Notes: generated from the sequence alone by a model not told the origin. A stretch of DNA of 64,000 bases from Ignavibacteriota bacterium (GCA_963701295.1 OY969585.1:3200001-3264000), one strand, 5' to 3'; numbered from the stretch's first letter, positions 32,643-42,525 are shown. Program-made: numbers and translations.

Positions 32643-33677
32643 TCACTTACTTGATAATTGTTTCAGTTCTCGTTTCGTGTGATGATACATACGAATGTTT
32701 TTTTGATGATCGTTGTAATTTTTTGCAAACCGATGTCCGCCTATGCCTGTTGCAACAAAGAACAAATAGTCATGTGGTTCAGGATACAGTGTAGCTAGGA
32801 TCGAAAGCTTTCCGGGATTATTAATTGGTCCTGGAGGAAGTCCTGTATGGCGATATGTATTGTACGGCGATTCTAAATCCAAGTCCAGATACCTCAACCT
32901 TCTTCCTTCGCCAAGTGCATATTGCACGGTCGGATCTGCTTCCAGACGCATATGTTTCTTCAATCGATTCCAATAGACACCCGCAACCCTTGGACGCTCT
33001 TCATCAACATTCGATTCTGCCTCTACTATAGATGCAAGCGTGAGAATCTCTGACTGTGTTTTGCCGAGTTCCTCCTGTTTCTTCGTCAGACTATCATTGT
33101 AGAAATGCTTGAATCCATTCAGTATGCGTGTAAGAATTTCTTGTTCATCCGTCTGCCAGTAGAACGAGTATGTATCAGGGAGTAAATATCCTTCTATAGA
33201 CTTTGTGTTTATTCCTTGATCATGAATAAATTTTTCGTTTTGGCAGAGCGAAAGAAATAGTTTTTCATCGATTCCGAGATCATGTTCAAAACGATGCGCA
33301 ATTTTATCGAGCGGCCACCCTTCTGGTATTGTAACTGGAATGATGAGTCGCGATTTTCCATAACTAATGTCCCGCAAGATACTAAAATTGGATTGGCCGG
33401 AAACAAAAAGATATTTTCCAACTTTGATGGACTTCGTATAGCCAAGTATTCTACCAGCAAGTTCAAATGACCATGTGTTTCGGATTGCACCTGTGGTCAC
33501 AAGCGAGTCCGCAACCATCCGAAACGATGCCCCGCGTGAAATAGTGACGAGTTCGCCCTTCGGGTCATTATAATAATTCGGTAGCAGAAATATATAATAC
33601 GCACAAACAAGAACCACCGCAGCTACAGCACCCAATCCTATGAAAACCATTTTTTTCATCCTGATCGGCATCATCAT
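32643..33677 (-). CDS. mltG: Endolytic transglycosylase MltG
   Basis: TIPEG, EGYLLPDTY, LASIVEAE, LEADPTVQY, SPYNTY, GLPPGPI. Confidence 0.95.
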   Translation of the reverse strand: MMMPIRMKKMVFIGLGAVAAVVLVCAYYIFLLPNYYNDPKGELVTISRGASFRMVADSLVTTGAIRNTWSFELAGRILGYTKSIKVGKYLFVSGQSNFSILRDISYGKSRLIIPVTIPEGWPLDKIAHRFEHDLGIDEKLFLSLCQNEKFIHDQGINTKSIEGYLLPDTYSFYWQTDEQEILTRILNGFKHFYNDSLTKKQEELGKTQSEILTLASIVEAESNVDEERPRVAGVYWNRLKKHMRLEADPTVQYALGEGRRLRYLDLDLESPYNTYRHTGLPPGPINNPGKLSILATLYPEPHDYLFFVATGIGGHRFAKNYNDHQKNIRMYHHTKRELKQLSSK

Positions 33678-33976
33678 TTTCTATTTCTAGGTTTCTTTTG
33701 TAGTTTCACATGTTCAAAATTTCGTGATTCGTGGACAATACACGAAAATATTTTACGAATAGCTCTGCGGGAAAATGGTCCGAGATTTATCGCCGAAACA
33801 TTTTGAAGGACTTCTTTCTCACGCTTCGGTGAATAGACATTAATGCCAGCCTGTTTTTTGATCCGTCCGATTTTGTCTACACATTGCGCCCGTTTGTTGA
33901 GCAGTTGAACTACTTTTTGATCGATGTTGTCGATACGACTGCGCCAACGGTAGATTTCTTTCTTCATATCGCCCAT
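33674..33976 (-). CDS. Stand-alone chorismate mutase (AroQ type)
   Basis: WRSRIDNID..LLNKRA..IGRIK..YSPKREKEVL..IVHESR. Confidence 0.85.
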   Translation of the reverse strand: MGDMKKEIYRWRSRIDNIDQKVVQLLNKRAQCVDKIGRIKKQAGINVYSPKREKEVLQNVSAINLGPFSRRAIRKIFSCIVHESRNFEHVKLQKKPRNRK

Positions 33977-33978
33977 TG

Positions 33979-34989
33979 TTATCGTAATTGAAGGTTCGGT
34001 TCTGCTGTGAGTTCAAAAGATGATTTAAATCCATGACGTAAACGTTCGTATCCTGCAGCTGCAACCATCGCACCATTATCGGTGCAAAAATCAAGTTTGG
34101 GGATAAAGAGATTCAAATGATTAATTTTTGTTTCAGCTTCTAAACGGCGGCGCAGTTCGGAATTTGCCGATACTCCTCCCGATACCGTAACATCTTTCAC
34201 ATTATACTTTTTCGCTGCTATCAAAAGTTTATCAATTAACACGTCTACAATCGCAGCTTGAAAACTTGCACAGACATCTGCAATAAATTGTTTGTTTCTG
34301 TTTATCGTCTTATCAAATCCAACTTTGCGAAGATAGTACAGCACTGATGTCTTTATTCCACTGAAGCTAAATTCATGCGAACCTTCTTCGAGATACGGGC
34401 GGGGAAAGTTGACGGCCTTCGCATTCCCATTTACCGCTGACTTGTCGACTAACGGTCCACCCGGATAGCCTATGCCCAGCATCTTCGCTACCTTATCGAA
34501 TGCTTCGCCGGCAGCATCATCTATAGTTTCGCCCAATAACTGGTATTGAAAATAATTCTTCACAAGAACAAGCTGTGTGTGACCGCCGGAGACAGTCAAG
34601 TTGACAAATGGAAACGACGGTTTTGGATCATCAATTAGGTTGGAAAAAATGTGCGCTTCCATATGATTGATGCCAATGAATGGAATGCCAAGCCCCATCG
34701 CCATCGCCTTGCCGAAACTTAGACCAACCAAAATCGAACCAATGAGTCCAGGACCATGGACAGCGGCAACGGCATCCAGATTGGCTTTATCCACCGAAGC
34801 TTTCCGAAGCGCGTCATCCACAATCGGCACAATGAGTTTTAGGTGCGCGCGCGAAGCCAATTCTGGTACTACACCGCCATGCTCGGAATGAAACAGCTGC
34901 ACAACTGTAACATTCGAAAGGAGCTTTCCGTCCCGAACGATAGCCGCAGATGTTTCATCACATGATGTTTCAATTCCAAGGATTATCAT
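33979..34989 (-). CDS. tsaD: tRNA N6-adenosine threonylcarbamoyltransferase
   Basis: GIETSCDET, GGVVPELASRAH, VSGGHT, DDAAGEAFDK, CTDNGAM. Confidence 0.97.
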   Translation of the reverse strand: MIILGIETSCDETSAAIVRDGKLLSNVTVVQLFHSEHGGVVPELASRAHLKLIVPIVDDALRKASVDKANLDAVAAVHGPGLIGSILVGLSFGKAMAMGLGIPFIGINHMEAHIFSNLIDDPKPSFPFVNLTVSGGHTQLVLVKNYFQYQLLGETIDDAAGEAFDKVAKMLGIGYPGGPLVDKSAVNGNAKAVNFPRPYLEEGSHEFSFSGIKTSVLYYLRKVGFDKTINRNKQFIADVCASFQAAIVDVLIDKLLIAAKKYNVKDVTVSGGVSANSELRRRLEAETKINHLNLFIPKLDFCTDNGAMVAAAGYERLRHGFKSSFELTAEPNLQLR

Positions 34990-35013
34990 AAATCAACTCA
35001 ATGATAATCAAAA

Positions 35014-35043
35014 TTGACAAGCAGTGCAAACTGGATATAAAAT
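35014..35043 (+). promoter_or_regulatory. Sigma70-type promoter for the glycoside hydrolase gene
   Basis: TTGACA followed by TATAAA (N16) or TAAAAT (N18). Confidence 0.45.
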
Positions 35044-35202
35044 TTGAGGAGAAGGATAAAAATACTTTGTTTTATGCACTTCTCTCTGTGATCGTTCTCG
35101 ATTTAAAACCGCGTGAGCTATGGAGTGGCAATTGTTAGTTCTTCTCCCTATCTTTTTCGGAAATAATTATCTCCCTAGCAAATAGCTGATCAAGGCATTG
35201 CG

Positions 35203-38200
35203 ATGAGAAAACATTTTCTGAAACCCATACTCCTTTTTATCAGTTTATTTCTGACAGTCGCTGCAGTCACTTTCGGCAAAACTGTTATTTTCTTCGAGAA
35301 GAATTTCCCGACCATTGAGAACAGCGAAATCAGCCGTACAGCACTTGAGCATGCATTCGCATCTTTGAAACCTCGCTTCATCAACCTCGCTGAGCTACAG
35401 AAGAAAGATATATTGGCAGAGGGCGATCTGCTTGTATTGCCGTACGGATCAGCACTTCCCGCAGATGCATGGGAAACAATTCATCGCCATCTCAATCAAG
35501 GACATCTGCTTGTGTTGGGCGGCAGACCCTTCTTTGTACCTGTGTACCGAAAAGAAAACGATTGGCGAATTGACTATCCCCAGAATACATATGCCCGTTC
35601 TTTAGGCATTGAACATTCGTATGAGGCACCGCAGCATGGACCATGGAATATGCAGTGGGACGAAGATGCACCTTGGTTTCACAACACCAATTTACATGCT
35701 CGGCGAGTTTTTGTGAATGCAGGATTTGGGGAAAGATATCGAGGACTTTGTTTTCTTGTGAATGATCACGGCGATCGTCTTGCCGCTCCTGTTGTCGCTG
35801 AAGATTTTCTGGGCCTTAATCAATTACCGAGGCGTCGCGTGTACCTCAGTTTCGATGCGGAAGCTGAATTCTGGAATTCTCAAAACGGCATCGAATTGAT
35901 GCTGAAAGCAGCCATCTATGCATCTCTTGGCGGCAACAGGTTATGGCTCAATCTCCAGCAGCTTACAGTGGATCAGGGTGGATACATCTCTGGTTCCGTA
36001 GATGTTCTTCGCAATGGAAGACTTGCAAAAGTAACTCTTGAATTGCTTTCTGGATCAAAGATTCTCACGGTAAGAACCATGAACTGTGGTAATTCATTAC
36101 AAGAAAAAATCAATCTCGTGATACCATTGAATGATCCCGGACTCTATAAAATACGCGCTTCCTTATCTATCGGTGATACACTTTTTGAACGATATACATC
36201 GGGCGTTTTTGTACGCGATTCCACATTGCTGCGAACAGGGGAACGACTGGAAGCTGGACGAGACTATTTCCGGCTTAGTGGTAAGCCATACTTACCTGTT
36301 GGAGCAAATTATTTCGGTACTGATCCTTACACTCCAGGATTTTTCTACGGCGGCAGCCTTGGTGGAAACGCGTGGGTATGGGAAAAAGATTTTGCCGAAA
36401 TGGAACAACAAGGATTTACGATCGTTCGTACTGGAATCTGGCTTAACCGTGCATCGTACTTAAGTTGGGTAAGCGGTGCTCCGGATGAACGTTTATTAAA
36501 TGCTCTCGAAGCATACCTCATTGCAGCCGCGCATCATCATATGCAAGTCATTTTTACTTTTTTTGCATTTGATCCACAAACTGAGATGCAGGGACAAGGT
36601 CAAGATGGATCTCGATTGGGACCGGGATCAAATCCATACCTAGATCCGGTGGCAATTGAAGCACAGCTTCTCTATATTCGTGCAATCACCTCCCGTTTTC
36701 GGGATGTGCCATTTTTAAGTTTCGATATTATCAATGAACCAAGTTTTTCCAATCCAAAACGTATTTGGAAAGGTAATTCACCTAATGGAGATCCAGCAGA
36801 ACTTGCTGCATGGCAAAAGTGGCTTAAGAAGCGTTACAATACTATCGACGAACTTGCTCACGCATGGCGAACTACTCCTGTAGAATTAGCTTCATTCGAG
36901 AAAGTACCGCTTCCGTCTTTTTCTGATCTGGAATCATCTCGCTCTGGTAATCCGCAAAATGTTCGAGCAGTTGACTATAACCTTTTCGCACAGGACGCTT
37001 TTATACAATGGGTCAACACTATCATTCAAGGAATTCGGAGTACAGGAGCGCAGCAAGCGATTACCGTCGGTCAGGATGAGGGTGGTATTGCAGATAGAGT
37101 GCTCAATCAATTTTGGGCAAATTCCCAAGTCACGTATACTGTGAATCATAGCTGGTGGCGCGATGATGCGCTCCTCTGGAGTTCAATAGCAGCGAAAACT
37201 TTGAATAAGCCAAACCTTATCGGCGAAACAGGCCCTCAGCCGGCATCATCGATAGATGGTTCTTGGCGTTGGGATGATGTACAAGGAATGGCACTTCTTG
37301 AAAGAAAACTCGCCCTTGGTTTTGCATGTGCAAATGCAGGAGTTCTTCATTGGGATTGGTCACGCACAGATAATTTTGGAATCTTACGCCGTGACGGTTC
37401 ACAGAAGCAATGGATGGACGTTTTGAGAGGAGTAGCGGCATTTGCAGGCAATGCACAAACATATGCCACAGAAGCACAATTGCCTGAAATTGCATTGGTA
37501 CTGCCGCAGTCTCTTCAGCTCTCTGTCCTTTCAGGATGGGCTGTTGCAACACAGCAATATGCAGTACGAACATTGTACAATCAGGCTCGCGGAACTGCGT
37601 TCGTAATTGGCGAGTATCAACTTTCGCAAATGCCTGATGCCAAATTGATTATTGTTCCCTCCCCTTGGGTAATAAGTCAGGATGCATGGAATATATTGAT
37701 GACAAAGGTAAAAGCTGGCGCAATCCTTCTTATTTCTGGAAGAATAGATGCCGATGAACACTGGGCACCGATTCCTAAGCGTGTACGCGACTGGAATGTG
37801 GATTACAAATCTGCACCACTCACAACCCGTGAGGTAACGTTAGATTGGCCGGAAGGTACTGCGCATCTAAGTTATTCGGGCGACAAAATAACCTATGCTG
37901 AACGAGGTGTGCTCGGAAATAATAAGACCTTCCTTGATCTTCAGCTTGGAAAAGGCAGGATACTATATTTTGCACTGCCGCTTGAATTTGCGGATCAATT
38001 AAATGAAGTAGGACGCATCTACAAGTTTGCTATGAAACGCGCAGGAGTGAGCGCTGCGTACGAGACTAAGTGTGAAGATCCCGGTATCCTCATTTGTCCA
38101 ACTCAATTACCGGATGCTACTTTATATGTTTTGACATCTGAAAGTGCAGGTTCTGCCTCTGTTATATTTACGGATAAGAAAAGCGGTGCAGATTTTCAAC

Positions 38201-38280
38201 TAAACATTGCACCCGGAAGAGCGGCTCTGCTACTTATAGGCAAGGATGGAAAAATCATTGCTTCCTATAATGTCCATTGA
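35203..38280 (+). CDS. Secreted clan GH-A glycoside hydrolase (GH5/GH42-like) with a trimerisation-like C-terminal domain
   Basis: Signal peptide, GANY, FDIINEP acid/base, WQKWLKKRYNTIDELAHAW, LIGETG nucleophile. Confidence 0.75.
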   Translation: MRKHFLKPILLFISLFLTVAAVTFGKTVIFFEKNFPTIENSEISRTALEHAFASLKPRFINLAELQKKDILAEGDLLVLPYGSALPADAWETIHRHLNQGHLLVLGGRPFFVPVYRKENDWRIDYPQNTYARSLGIEHSYEAPQHGPWNMQWDEDAPWFHNTNLHARRVFVNAGFGERYRGLCFLVNDHGDRLAAPVVAEDFLGLNQLPRRRVYLSFDAEAEFWNSQNGIELMLKAAIYASLGGNRLWLNLQQLTVDQGGYISGSVDVLRNGRLAKVTLELLSGSKILTVRTMNCGNSLQEKINLVIPLNDPGLYKIRASLSIGDTLFERYTSGVFVRDSTLLRTGERLEAGRDYFRLSGKPYLPVGANYFGTDPYTPGFFYGGSLGGNAWVWEKDFAEMEQQGFTIVRTGIWLNRASYLSWVSGAPDERLLNALEAYLIAAAHHHMQVIFTFFAFDPQTEMQGQGQDGSRLGPGSNPYLDPVAIEAQLLYIRAITSRFRDVPFLSFDIINEPSFSNPKRIWKGNSPNGDPAELAAWQKWLKKRYNTIDELAHAWRTTPVELASFEKVPLPSFSDLESSRSGNPQNVRAVDYNLFAQDAFIQWVNTIIQGIRSTGAQQAITVGQDEGGIADRVLNQFWANSQVTYTVNHSWWRDDALLWSSIAAKTLNKPNLIGETGPQPASSIDGSWRWDDVQGMALLERKLALGFACANAGVLHWDWSRTDNFGILRRDGSQKQWMDVLRGVAAFAGNAQTYATEAQLPEIALVLPQSLQLSVLSGWAVATQQYAVRTLYNQARGTAFVIGEYQLSQMPDAKLIIVPSPWVISQDAWNILMTKVKAGAILLISGRIDADEHWAPIPKRVRDWNVDYKSAPLTTREVTLDWPEGTAHLSYSGDKITYAERGVLGNNKTFLDLQLGKGRILYFALPLEFADQLNEVGRIYKFAMKRAGVSAAYETKCEDPGILICPTQLPDATLYVLTSESAGSASVIFTDKKSGADFQLNIAPGRAALLLIGKDGKIIASYNVH

Positions 38281-38399
38281 GCTTTTTATAGAATAAAAAT
38301 CTTTTGCGACTATACAAGATCCATCGAAAGGCATAGACAGAAATGAAATTTTTCATCGAGGGATAACAATCTGAATAAATAAATTCTCTACGTTTCACA

Positions 38400-39557
38400 T
38401 CACCCAATATAGACTCTCGGCACACGCGAACTGATGCTGCAAAGAAACTCATAGGAAACGGTCCCAATTTTATCGCAGAGGGATTCAAGAGGGATAGTGT
38501 TGCCATCCATTTCACCGAAGAGCAGAACATCATCCCCATTGTATGCTGTTCCATCCATCCCGATATCGACCATACATTGATCCATACATATCGTCCCCAC
38601 AACCGGATATTTTTTTCCGCGAACAACAACTTCGCCTTTATTTGAAAGCTGACGAAAATATCCGTCGCCATATCCGATAGGTAAAGTCACAATGCGTGTT
38701 TGCTTGCCTGGGGCATAGGTATGGTCATAGCTTATTCCGGTTTGGGCAGGTACTACTTTGAAATAAGCGACCTTCGTCTTCAGTGTCATGACGGGCTTCA
38801 GTTTCTTATCGCCAAACCTAACATCAGGCAAATATCCGTTCGGATTATATCCGTAAAGCATAATTCCAGGCCGCACCATGGTATAATGTGAATTCTTATA
38901 ATTCATGATTCCGGCCGAGTTGGCAATGTGAATAAGTTCAGGCAGGAGCCTCTTTTTTTCTATCATATTCAATACCGACTCAAAACGATTCAATTGTTGG
39001 TTTGTAAAATCGGGACCCGTCTCGGCTTTTGCGAAGTGTGAGCATATTCCTTTAATGGTCATGGATTTGCATTGATAGGATGTTTCAATAAAGCGCTCTG
39101 CATGATTCCAATGGACACCAATACGTTCCATGCCTGTATCGATCTTTAAATGAACTTTTGCCTCTTTCCCCATGTCCTTTGCGGCAGTTGCTATGGCAGC
39201 AGATTTATCAATGGAAGAACTTGTAATTTCGATATCATGTTGTATGAATTCTGCAATTTGATCGGTATTAATAGCACCGAGCACAACAATAGGAGCTGTG
39301 ATTCCACATTTTCTTAAATAGACTCCTTCTTCAAGAAATGCCACACCAAGATACTCGACACCTTGTTTCAAAAGTTCGCTTGATATTTCATACAGCCCAT
39401 GTCCGTACGCATTCGCTTTGACCATCGCCATAATTTTTACATCATTGTGAATGAATGACCTGACGATAGAAAGATTATTACGCAAGTTGTCGAACGATAT
39501 TTCTGCGCGAGTAGGCCGGTTTTTATAGGTTTCAACTCTTGCAATCATTTCGGTCAC
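38400..39557 (-). CDS. alr: Alanine racemase
   Basis: VKANAYGHG, KIDTGMERIG, HIANSA, VRPGI, IGYGDG, ICMDQ. Confidence 0.93.
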   Translation of the reverse strand: MTEMIARVETYKNRPTRAEISFDNLRNNLSIVRSFIHNDVKIMAMVKANAYGHGLYEISSELLKQGVEYLGVAFLEEGVYLRKCGITAPIVVLGAINTDQIAEFIQHDIEITSSSIDKSAAIATAAKDMGKEAKVHLKIDTGMERIGVHWNHAERFIETSYQCKSMTIKGICSHFAKAETGPDFTNQQLNRFESVLNMIEKKRLLPELIHIANSAGIMNYKNSHYTMVRPGIMLYGYNPNGYLPDVRFGDKKLKPVMTLKTKVAYFKVVPAQTGISYDHTYAPGKQTRIVTLPIGYGDGYFRQLSNKGEVVVRGKKYPVVGTICMDQCMVDIGMDGTAYNGDDVLLFGEMDGNTIPLESLCDKIGTVSYEFLCSISSRVPRVYIG

Positions 39558-39639
39558 CTATGATTAATCTTATGCGCTGAAGAGTATGTTGATCACATTC
39601 AATAAAAATACCTGCAATCGATTTTTTTAGATTGTAAAA

Positions 39640-40797
39640 CTATTTTTCTTCTGGATCAGATAAGTTTTTGTGTATAATTTTCGCCCCATCGAAACCATTG
39701 AACGTGGTTGATGACGCAGTGCTATAAGCACCGATGTTTTCCGTATATAGAAAATCGCCTACTTCTAGATTTCCCGGCAATTCTGCTGAGAGAGTAATTT
39801 TATCGAAGCTGTCGCAGGTAGGCCCGACAACCGCACAAACTTCTTTCTCACCTTCTTTGAACGCAGTAAAGTTCGGAATCCAATGATCGTAGACCACGCC
39901 GGAAAATGTATGGTACACACCATCATTAATGTGGTAGAAGATTTTGCTGTCCCTTCGTGCTTTTCCGATGATTTCTGAAACCAGCGTGGCTGCTGTTGCA
40001 ACAATGAATCGCCCGGGTTCAGCAAGAATTTCTATGTCATCCGGAAAGAGGCGCTTGAATTCTGAGTTTAACAATACTGCCAATTGTTTAAATTCTGGCA
40101 CTTGAGGATCGTACGGAACCGGAAATCCGCCGCCAATATCCACTAAATTCAAATTGAATCCTTTTTTGCGAGCGTTGTGGAATATCTCCGAAGTAAACGC
40201 AAGCGCCGAAGTATAATTATCAAAGTTTGTGCACTGGCTTCCCACGTGGAAACTGATGCCTTCCACTTTTAATCCCATGTCAAATGCTTGGTGTATCAGT
40301 TTCTCTGCATCTGCGAGTTCGGCTCCGAATTTCGAGCTCATCTCTACTTGCGAACCTGTGTCCGGAACTTTCAGCCGTATGACTAATCCTGCTGTATCGC
40401 AATAGTCCTTCAACTTTTTCAGTTCAGCAGCATTATCATAGGTCACCAGAGGTTTATATTGTTTGATCTTCTGTAGTGTTGCACGATCTTTGATTGTGTT
40501 GGAAAAAATGATTTTGTCCCATATAAAATGCTTTTTTTCTTTCGTTTCGAAGTGCCTAATATATTGATACACCTGCATGAATTCGTTGTACGAGGCAACA
40601 TCAAAGCTCGATCCCTCTTTGAACAACGTCTCGACGATTTGCTGTGTAGAATTCGCTTTCACCGCATAATAACACTGAACACGCGGCAGGTGTTTTTTGA
40701 ATGTCCTGTAGTTCTCCCGAATCTTGTTGTGATCCAGTATGAACAATGGTGTACCGTGTTGTACTACTAATTTTAAGAGATCATCTTTCATGGTCAA
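39640..40797 (-). CDS. Ornithine/lysine decarboxylase, group IV (alanine-racemase fold)
   Basis: YAVKAN, FDVAS, SKFGA, SFHVGSQ, DIGGGF, EPGR, GPTCDSFD, IGAY. Confidence 0.9.
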   Translation of the reverse strand: MTMKDDLLKLVVQHGTPLFILDHNKIRENYRTFKKHLPRVQCYYAVKANSTQQIVETLFKEGSSFDVASYNEFMQVYQYIRHFETKEKKHFIWDKIIFSNTIKDRATLQKIKQYKPLVTYDNAAELKKLKDYCDTAGLVIRLKVPDTGSQVEMSSKFGAELADAEKLIHQAFDMGLKVEGISFHVGSQCTNFDNYTSALAFTSEIFHNARKKGFNLNLVDIGGGFPVPYDPQVPEFKQLAVLLNSEFKRLFPDDIEILAEPGRFIVATAATLVSEIIGKARRDSKIFYHINDGVYHTFSGVVYDHWIPNFTAFKEGEKEVCAVVGPTCDSFDKITLSAELPGNLEVGDFLYTENIGAYSTASSTTFNGFDGAKIIHKNLSDPEEK

Positions 40798-40837
40798 TTC
40801 TCACGTCAATCAATTTATCATAGTCGTTGCATTCACA

Positions 40838-42022
40838 TTATGCAGACAATTTTCTTATTAGTTCTTTGAGTTCCTCAATTTCCTTATTGTTCTCAAGATA
40901 TGATTTAATCAACTTTTCTCGTAATTCTTGTCCACGATCATACAATCGTTTTGGCTTCTTTGGTTTCGTCGTTTGCAAAACATATGCGGCCATCAGTGGA
41001 AATGCTACTGTCACATCAACATAGGCAGTAACCGTCTCTTCAATTTTCGTCGGATCGATTTTTCCCCAACTTGCAGCTTCGCTCGGCGGTGCGCCGGAAA
41101 GTCCGCCGGTATCGGGACGTGCATCGGTAATGTTAATATCATAATCCTGCCCGGCTTCTGGAATCATCAGCACTTCTTGTATCTGCGGCTCGGTTTGCAG
41201 CATAAAGTTCTTGGGACTTCCGCCCCCGATGAGAATCACGCCGGTCTTTCCTTTTTCGTATTGCTTGGCGTTCAAGATGATTGCTGTCGAATCATTGACA
41301 TCGATACTCGGATTGATCTTCAATTTAAACTTATCCAATAAACCTGATGCCTCAGCTAAGAGTTCCACTCCAGCAATATTCATCCCGATTGTGGAATCAC
41401 CCGGCGATGAAGTGAAAACCGGAATGCCGTTGCGAAACGCTGCAGCAAGAACACTCACCTGTCCGATGTTGCTCTGTTGTTCAATGTCATTAAGGACTTT
41501 GCCGAGGTGATGATAGAATTCTCGTGTTCCCATTTCTTTTTGAAATTCCGGACGCAGCATAATCTTCCGCAGGATTTTATCCGTTTCCATCAATACATCT
41601 TGATAATCAAAAAGGATGTCATAAATTCTTGTCACACCTTTTTCGCGCAGATCGGCATCATCCACATTATGACTGCCCCGGTAGAGCGGCATGTTCAATG
41701 CAAAGTGCATATCGTGATACATATTGGCGCCGGTGGCGGTCAGCCAATCTACAAAACCATGATTCATCAACGGAATAATAGTTGATGGCCCTAAACCTGC
41801 TGGAGTTAATGCGCCAGCGATGCTGAGACCAATCGTGACATCTTCCTGAGAATATTTATCCCGCAATAATTGACAGGCAGCTCGAAGCCTTCCACCGTTG
41901 TATGCATCCATATTATCTATGACGGCGGCAAGATTGCTGTCTTTTGAGATGGGCTGAGGAAGCACTCTCTTTCCATTGAGATATTTATCTTTACCCGGAC
42001 AATCCTTTTTATGGTGTTCCAT
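40838..42022 (-). CDS. Deoxyhypusine synthase-like protein / homospermidine synthase
   Basis: AGALTPAG, TGANMYHD, SPGDSTIG, GGGSPKNF, DTGGLSGA.PSEAASWGK; AAAGGA SD before ATG 42022. Confidence 0.9.
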   Translation of the reverse strand: MEHHKKDCPGKDKYLNGKRVLPQPISKDSNLAAVIDNMDAYNGGRLRAACQLLRDKYSQEDVTIGLSIAGALTPAGLGPSTIIPLMNHGFVDWLTATGANMYHDMHFALNMPLYRGSHNVDDADLREKGVTRIYDILFDYQDVLMETDKILRKIMLRPEFQKEMGTREFYHHLGKVLNDIEQQSNIGQVSVLAAAFRNGIPVFTSSPGDSTIGMNIAGVELLAEASGLLDKFKLKINPSIDVNDSTAIILNAKQYEKGKTGVILIGGGSPKNFMLQTEPQIQEVLMIPEAGQDYDINITDARPDTGGLSGAPPSEAASWGKIDPTKIEETVTAYVDVTVAFPLMAAYVLQTTKPKKPKRLYDRGQELREKLIKSYLENNKEIEELKELIRKLSA

Positions 42023-42226
42023 GAACATTCCTTTCTGCGAATACCATTAGGTTTGTTTACTTTTCTTGGGCTTTATGATAACCAAAAATGGCAAGCAGTG
42101 CAAACAAGAGAGACCATGGAGACCTATTCTGCGAAATCTTTCATCCCTCTTCTTCAATATCTTTTCTATTCTCTTTTCTGCTTTTTCACCCCTCTTTATT
42201 GATTTTCTTTTTAGACATCGGTCTCT
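42009..42226 (-). promoter_or_regulatory. Putative translational-recoding/attenuator leader of the polyamine operon
   Basis: ATG 42218 leader with two in-frame GAG-GGR-TGA-AAR sites, an open +1 frame to TAATG at 42047, and complementary segments. Confidence 0.5.
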
Positions 42227-42264
42227 ACAATAAAAACATTCTTCGTCTTTTGTCATTTTCTTCC

Positions 42265-42293
42265 TTGCCTCCCTTCGCTTTTTTGGCTATATT
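42265..42293 (+). promoter_or_regulatory. Sigma70-type promoter of rpmB
   Basis: TTGCCT-N17-TATATT. Confidence 0.6.
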
Positions 42294-42330
42294 AAAGTGT
42301 TCAAAATCAAATTTTCAATTGGAGTGGCAC

Positions 42331-42525
42331 ATGGCAAGAATTTGTGAAGTGTGTGGCAAGAAACCTATGGCAGGAAATAATGTCAGCCACGCACATAATC
42401 GAAGTCCGAGGCGTTTTCTTCCTAATCTTCAAAACGCACGTGTGAAATTGGAATCCGGTGAGGTGAAAAAAATTCAAGTGTGTACCAACTGTATCAAATC
42501 CGGGAAGATTAAGAAAGCAGCCTAA
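42331..42525 (+). CDS. rpmB: 50S ribosomal protein L28
   Basis: [29 protein letters not shown]; GGAG SD. Confidence 0.96.
   Translation: MARICEVCGKKPMAGNNVSHAHNRSPRRFLPNLQNARVKLESGEVKKIQVCTNCIKSGKIKKAA

Noticed and set aside
42141-42188. In-frame UGA codons as selenocysteine or genome-wide UGA reassignment
   Set aside because: No hairpin follows the first UGA (purine-only tract), there is no redox motif, and TGA is a normal stop in many genes here (glmM, rpoN, kbl)
42047-42256. 69-aa ORF as an ordinary protein-coding gene
   Set aside because: No recognisable family; treated instead as the open +1 frame of the leader, although independent translation cannot be excluded
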